Below are positions 59,576 through 64,000 of a stretch of 64,000 nucleotides of DNA, piece after piece. The stretch comes from Clostridia bacterium (GTDB lineage Bacteria; Bacillota; Clostridia; CAKSNL01; HGM11501): the NCBI GenBank assembly GCA_045123995.1, contig JBGVKY010000026.1, positions 7,428 through 71,427 on the forward strand. Direction: 5' to 3'. The notes beneath the pieces are model-generated. The model saw only the letters and a program-made list of their open reading frames with translations. It was not told the DNA's origin and searched no databases. The number at the start of each line of letters is the position of its first letter. The first letter of the stretch is position 1. The translations under genes were made by a program, and so were the position numbers.

Positions 59576-60322
59576 TTATTTTTTTATTTGCCTTCCCTGA
59601 TTGTCTATGTAATAGTCCTCATGATATATATGGTCTGAAATCTTTTTAAAAGTGTAGCCTTCATCTTTAAGTCTTTTTAATATGCCGGGAAGAGCTGCGG
59701 CAGTGTGCTCGGTACCGTTATGGAAAAGAAGGATGGAACCGCTTTTGACCTTTGAAAAAATTCTTTTCTCCATTTCTTCAGGTGTTAAATTTTTCCAGTC
59801 CAGAGAATCAACATCCCATTGGATTAGTTTTTTATCAAGACTTTCTAAAGCTTCTACAACAGTATTGTTATATTCTCCGTAAGGGGAACGGAAAATGGGA
59901 ACGGTTTTTCCTGTAATTTTTTCTATGACAGTGTCGCATTTTTTTACATCAAGTATGATATCTTCTGTGCTTAATGAGTTGTAGTGGGCGTGGTTATAGG
60001 AATGACCGGCAATTTCATGGCCGTTTTCATATAAAAGTTTTACACTTTCAGGGTATTTTTCTGCCCAGGAACCCACAACGAAAAAGGTAGCAGGACAGTC
60101 AAACTCTGATAGGGTAGATGAAATCAGAGGAATATCCTCTGCAGTCCATGCTGAATCAAAAGTTATTGAAACCACCTTTTCTTCGGTTTCTACAGAATAA
60201 ATGGGTAGAAGCTTTTCGCTTGATGCAGAGGGGGAAAGCGTAGAAACCAAAAAAACAGAAAGAGCCAAAAGAGAACATATTAAAATTGAAAAATGAAACT
60301 TATTGAGAACATATATTTTCAT
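59576..60322 (-). CDS. Polysaccharide deacetylase (PdaB-like sporulation protein)
   Basis: LPIYSVET, ITFDSAW, HSYNH, FRSPYG, WDVDSLDW, ILLFHN; ATG 60322 after GAGGTG. Confidence 0.88.
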   Translation of the reverse strand: MKIYVLNKFHFSILICSLLALSVFLVSTLSPSASSEKLLPIYSVETEEKVVSITFDSAWTAEDIPLISSTLSEFDCPATFFVVGSWAEKYPESVKLLYENGHEIAGHSYNHAHYNSLSTEDIILDVKKCDTVIEKITGKTVPIFRSPYGEYNNTVVEALESLDKKLIQWDVDSLDWKNLTPEEMEKRIFSKVKSGSILLFHNGTEHTAAALPGILKRLKDEGYTFKKISDHIYHEDYYIDNQGRQIKK

Positions 60323-60466
60323 TAAATCACCTCGTATAAATATATTATGTAAAGTGAAATTTATTCTTTCATGTGCACTTTTAACGAAAAAGTATTGCAA
60401 AAAAGGTTTATTCATGGTAAAATATTAGTATATATTTGCTTTCTACTAAAGGAAAGGATGGTTTTA

Positions 60467-60817
60467 ATGAAATTATCAAAGGTTGCTGAAATTTTAGAGG
60501 CTAAAGTTCTGGCAGGAGAGGAAAATCTGGATTCGGAAGTTACATCCGCTTTCGGTTGTGATTTAATGAGCGATGTGCTGGCTTTTGTAAATGATAAAAC
60601 ATTACTCCTCACAGGTCTTATCAATCCTCAGGTTATAAGAACTGCAGAAATGATGGATATTGGGGCTATCGTGTTTGTGCGCGGTAAAGAACCCGATGAA
60701 AGTATTGTGGAAATGGCTAAAAATAAAGAGGTGGTTGTTATGACAACCGAATATAATTTATATACCGCTTCAGGAGAACTTTATGTAAACGGACTTCCTG
60801 GTAAAAAGAGGGGGTAG
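60467..60817 (+). CDS. DRTGG-domain protein
   Basis: FGCDLMSDVLA, LLTGL..IRTAEM, VRGK. Confidence 0.85.
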   Translation: MKLSKVAEILEAKVLAGEENLDSEVTSAFGCDLMSDVLAFVNDKTLLLTGLINPQVIRTAEMMDIGAIVFVRGKEPDESIVEMAKNKEVVVMTTEYNLYTASGELYVNGLPGKKRG

Positions 60818-60821
60818 TATT

Positions 60822-61253
60822 TTGGAAGCTTTGATGAAATATCACTACGAGGTGGACGGAAACGATTTCACAAGAGCTGGAGAAACATCAAGCAGCGTAA
60901 AGAAAATATTAAGAAGTGCCGGCTTTTCTCCTGACACTATAAGAAGAGTTGCTATCGCTATGTATGAAGGTGAAATCAACATGGTTATTCACGCCAACGG
61001 CGGAACCATAGATGCATACATAGACCCGGATAAAATAACAATCGTAATGAAAGATACAGGTCCGGGCATAAAGGATATTTCTCTTGCTATGCAGGAAGGT
61101 TATTCGACTGCGACCAATAAAATAAGAGAACTGGGCTTTGGCGCTGGTATGGGAATTCCCAATATGAAGAAATATTCTGATGAAATGGATATAGATACCG
61201 AAGTTGGAGTGGGTACCACTTTAACTTTAACTTTCTATCCGAACGAAAACTGA
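60822..61253 (+). CDS. RsbT/anti-sigma-like Ser/Thr protein kinase
   Basis: AMYEGEINMVIHA, DTGPGI, EGYST, GFGAGMGIPN. Confidence 0.88.
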   Translation: MEALMKYHYEVDGNDFTRAGETSSSVKKILRSAGFSPDTIRRVAIAMYEGEINMVIHANGGTIDAYIDPDKITIVMKDTGPGIKDISLAMQEGYSTATNKIRELGFGAGMGIPNMKKYSDEMDIDTEVGVGTTLTLTFYPNEN

Positions 61254-61275
61254 TTAAACAGAAACGAGGATTTTT

Positions 61276-62553
61276 ATGGATAAATATTGGCATTCAGTCA
61301 GGTTGGATAAGGACTTGTGTCACGGCTGTACAAATTGTCTTAAGTCTTGTCCCACTCAAGCCATAAGAATACAGGGAAAAAAAGCGAAAGTCTTAAAAGA
61401 ACGTTGTATTGATTGCGGCGAATGTTTAAGAAACTGTCCTTATCATGCAAAAAAAGCCGAGACTAATAAACTTTCGGAACTCCAGAACTTTAAATATAAT
61501 GTTGCACTGATAGCTCCAGCCTTTTACGGTCAGTTCACCAACGCCGAAAGTATCGATGAAATTTTGACAGCCACTCTTAAATTAGGCTTTGATGATGTGT
61601 TTGAGGTTGCAGCAGGGGCACAGATTATAAGCAAAAAGACAAAAGAGCTTTTAGATTCGGGAGAGCTTTTAACGCCCACTATATCTTCGGCGTGTCCAGC
61701 CGTGGTTAAGCTTATTGCAATTATGTATCCGAGTCTTATCGGAAATATAATTCCCTTGAAATCCCCTATGGAAATTTCTGCTTATGAAGCAAGACGTCTG
61801 GCATCGGAAAAATCCGGACTAAAGCCTGAGGAAATCGGAATTTTCTTTATAAGTCCATGTGCGGCAAAGATGACGGTTATAAGAGATGATTCTTTCGGCA
61901 CCCATTCAGATGTTGACGGGGTGTTGTCAATAAAAGATATAATGCTTGTTATGGCACAACAGGGGTTTGGAAAAATAGAGGAAATAAAGCCTTTGTCTTC
62001 GGCAGGAAAGTCGGGGATTTTATGGGCGACTACCGGAGGCGAGGCAGAATCTTCGGGTGCGAAAAAACACATATCTGTAAGCGGAATACATAATATTCTT
62101 AAGCTTTTTGCAGATATTGAGGACGGAAAGCTTTCTGATATAGAATTCGTAGAAGCCCTGGCTTGCGACGGCGGATGTGTTGGCGGTCCTTTAGTTATGG
62201 AAAATCCTTTCGTGGCATCTTCGAGGATTAAAAGACTTTGCCGTGAAGAAAAAGAGGTTTCTCATATAATTTCAGAGGAGTTAAACCTTTTCTGGGAGCA
62301 TCCTATTGTATACAGACCTGTTATGAATCTGGCTTCTGATAGAATAGAAGCTATGAAAAAAGCAGCAAAAATCGAGGAACTTTATGAAGAATTTCCAAAG
62401 CTTGACTGTGGCTCTTGCGGTTCCCCAAGCTGCAGAGCCCTGGCTGAAGATATCGTAAGGGGATATGCCGAGGAAACAGACTGCATATTCTTATTCAGAG
62501 AAAGAGTGGAAGAATTAAAAAAACAAATGGAAGAACTTGAAAAGAAAAAGTGA
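61276..62553 (+). CDS. Putative sensory [FeFe]-hydrogenase (group C/D type)
   Basis: Two N-terminal 4Fe-4S motifs; ISSACP, ISPCAAK, EALACDGGCVGGP; C-terminal DCGSCGSPSC. Confidence 0.85.
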   Translation: MDKYWHSVRLDKDLCHGCTNCLKSCPTQAIRIQGKKAKVLKERCIDCGECLRNCPYHAKKAETNKLSELQNFKYNVALIAPAFYGQFTNAESIDEILTATLKLGFDDVFEVAAGAQIISKKTKELLDSGELLTPTISSACPAVVKLIAIMYPSLIGNIIPLKSPMEISAYEARRLASEKSGLKPEEIGIFFISPCAAKMTVIRDDSFGTHSDVDGVLSIKDIMLVMAQQGFGKIEEIKPLSSAGKSGILWATTGGEAESSGAKKHISVSGIHNILKLFADIEDGKLSDIEFVEALACDGGCVGGPLVMENPFVASSRIKRLCREEKEVSHIISEELNLFWEHPIVYRPVMNLASDRIEAMKKAAKIEELYEEFPKLDCGSCGSPSCRALAEDIVRGYAEETDCIFLFRERVEELKKQMEELEKKK

Positions 62554-62565
62554 GAGGAAGATAAT

Positions 62566-62898
62566 ATGAAAGTTTCAGAATTGGCAAAAAAACTCAATCT
62601 TACATATGTAAGCGGCGAAAATTCTTTTGACAGGGAGATTTCAGGCTGCTACATAGGGGATTTATTAAGCCTTGCTATGGCAAAGCTTGACATAGAAAAC
62701 ATCTGGATTACCATTCAGACAAATATCAATGTGGTGGCTGTGGCATCGCTTAAAGATGCTTCGTGTGTAATTGTTGCAGACGGTTTTCATGTGGATGATG
62801 ATGCGAAAGCTAAGGCAGAAGCTGAGGAAATTATAATTTTAGAAACAGAGATTTCAGCTTACGAAATAGCTAAAAAGCTTGTGGAAATCGGTATATGA
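62566..62898 (+). CDS. DRTGG-domain protein
   Basis: YIGDLLS..WITIQTNINVVAVA. Confidence 0.85.
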   Translation: MKVSELAKKLNLTYVSGENSFDREISGCYIGDLLSLAMAKLDIENIWITIQTNINVVAVASLKDASCVIVADGFHVDDDAKAKAEAEEIIILETEISAYEIAKKLVEIGI

Positions 62899-63596
62899 AA
62901 CTTTATTATGATTTGCATATTCATTCTGCTCTGTCTCCCTGCGGAGATAATGATATGACTCCTAATAACATAGTTAATATGGCTATTATAAAAGGGCTGG
63001 GCGTTATAGCGGTTACTGACCATAACAGCGCGGGTAACGTAAGGGCGGTAACAAATGTGGCAAAAGATGATATTTTAGTAATTCCCGGAATGGAAGTTAC
63101 TACCAGCGAGGAAGTACATGTTCTTTGTTATTTTCCTACAGTGGACGCAGCAGAGGATATGGGTAAGCTTGTTTACGACTGCCTTCCGCAAATTAAAAAC
63201 AAGGCGGAAATTTTCGGTAATCAGTATTATATGGACGAAAACGATGTGGTAAAAAGGGAAGAGGAACGTCTTTTGATAAGTGCCACTTCATTAAATATAT
63301 ATAAAGTTAAGGAAGAGGCTGAAAAAAGAGGTGGAATTATGGTTCCTGCTCATGTAGATAAATCAAGCTACAGCGTACACTCAAACCTTGGGTTTATGCC
63401 ACCTGATCTTGAGATAAGTTCTGTTGAAATAACAGAGAAAAATATAGAGAAAATGAAAAAAATATATCCCGGATGCAATCTGTTTATAAGCTCAGATGCC
63501 CATTATCTTGAGGATATTTCAGAGCCTGAAAGAGTTTTGGATATTTTAGACAAAAAAACCGAAGATTTTGTTGAAAATTTGTCTAAAATTAAGTAA
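62895..63596 (+). CDS. PHP-domain phosphoesterase
   Basis: DLHIHSALSPC, TDHN, GMEV, PAHVD, SSDAH. Confidence 0.9.
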   Translation: MKLYYDLHIHSALSPCGDNDMTPNNIVNMAIIKGLGVIAVTDHNSAGNVRAVTNVAKDDILVIPGMEVTTSEEVHVLCYFPTVDAAEDMGKLVYDCLPQIKNKAEIFGNQYYMDENDVVKREEERLLISATSLNIYKVKEEAEKRGGIMVPAHVDKSSYSVHSNLGFMPPDLEISSVEITEKNIEKMKKIYPGCNLFISSDAHYLEDISEPERVLDILDKKTEDFVENLSKIK

Positions 63597-63634
63597 GGAA
63601 TTTTCGATAAAATTGTAGATTTTTTGTATTGATT

Positions 63635-63652
63635 TTGTTATAATTATAACGA
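63635..63652. promoter_or_regulatory. Probable Rex operator
   Basis: TTGTTATAATTATAACGA, an 18-bp near-palindrome resembling clostridial TTGTTAANNNNTTAACAA and overlapping a TGnTATAAT -10. Confidence 0.65.
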
Positions 63653-63732
63653 TGTACTTTTTTAAGTAATATTCGTGTGTTTATGTAGGTTAGATATACG
63701 AAAAGAAGAATAAATTAGCAGGAGGTATTGTT

Positions 63733-64000
63733 ATGGAAAAGAAAGGCGTTGCTTTCAACGGAACTTTAGAGCAGGAAAAGAAGCTCAAAGCTGTAATTGA
63801 GCAACATAAGGACCAGGCAGGAGCTGCAATTCCCGTACTTCATGAAGCACAGGAAATTTACGGCTATCTTCCCATCGAAGTACAGAAAATGATTGCGGAA
63901 GGACTAGGGGTATCCCTTGCAGATATCTACGGAATAGTTACATTCTATGCGAGATTTACTCTTAATCCCAAGGGTGAAAATGCCTTGGCTGTATGCCTCG
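63733..64000 (+). CDS. NuoE/HydC/HndA-like [2Fe-2S] subunit of an NAD(P)-linked hydrogenase, 3'-truncated and missing from the ORF track
   Basis: AGGAGG RBS; MEKKG..IPVLHEAQEIYGYLP..IYGIVTFYARFTLNPKG..AVCL. Confidence 0.88.
   Translation, partial: MEKKGVAFNGTLEQEKKLKAVIEQHKDQAGAAIPVLHEAQEIYGYLPIEVQKMIAEGLGVSLADIYGIVTFYARFTLNPKGENALAVCL

Noticed and set aside
1-64000. CRISPR arrays, prophage, IS elements and defence systems
   Set aside because: No regularly spaced repeats, cas, integrase, transposase or phage structural genes recognised; intergenic gaps are all short

Overview
Chromosomal window of a low-GC, spore-forming Clostridia-class bacterium, densely coding and mostly on the + strand. 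It holds a complete spoIIIAA-AH operon, spoIIR, a pdaB-like deacetylase and an unannotated spoVM-like micro-ORF. Housekeeping genes include nadE, mltG, ruvAB, cysE-cysS-mrnC-glyA-rarA, yabM-mazG-hup-yabO, tRNA-Ser(GGA), glnA, aspA, an htrA/two-component locus, ychF and sfsA. Also present are an AraC/GH127 pair, a RpiR-associated 10-gene carbohydrate/redox cluster, and a sensory [FeFe]-hydrogenase operon ahead of a NuoE-like hydrogenase subunit. I saw no CRISPR array, prophage, integrase or transposase. Main leads: (1) an XRE-HTH-GlmM fusion with a palindromic candidate operator, heading a glmM-glmU(LbH only)-nagB operon next to glnA; (2) an unannotated ~100-nt minus-strand sRNA candidate with two GNRA-capped hairpins and an anti-RBS/AUG seed complementary to the nearby mazG start; (3) a sugar pathway joining IolB/C/J-like enzymes to an alkyl-DHAP-synthase-like flavoprotein, a CCG-family Fe-S partner lacking its CCG cysteines, and a fused ETF; (4) a structured ~140-bp element duplicating the tRNA-Ser 3' end; (5) a NadE with a catalytically dead glutaminase domain. 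All family assignments are from motif recognition by eye; no searches were run.
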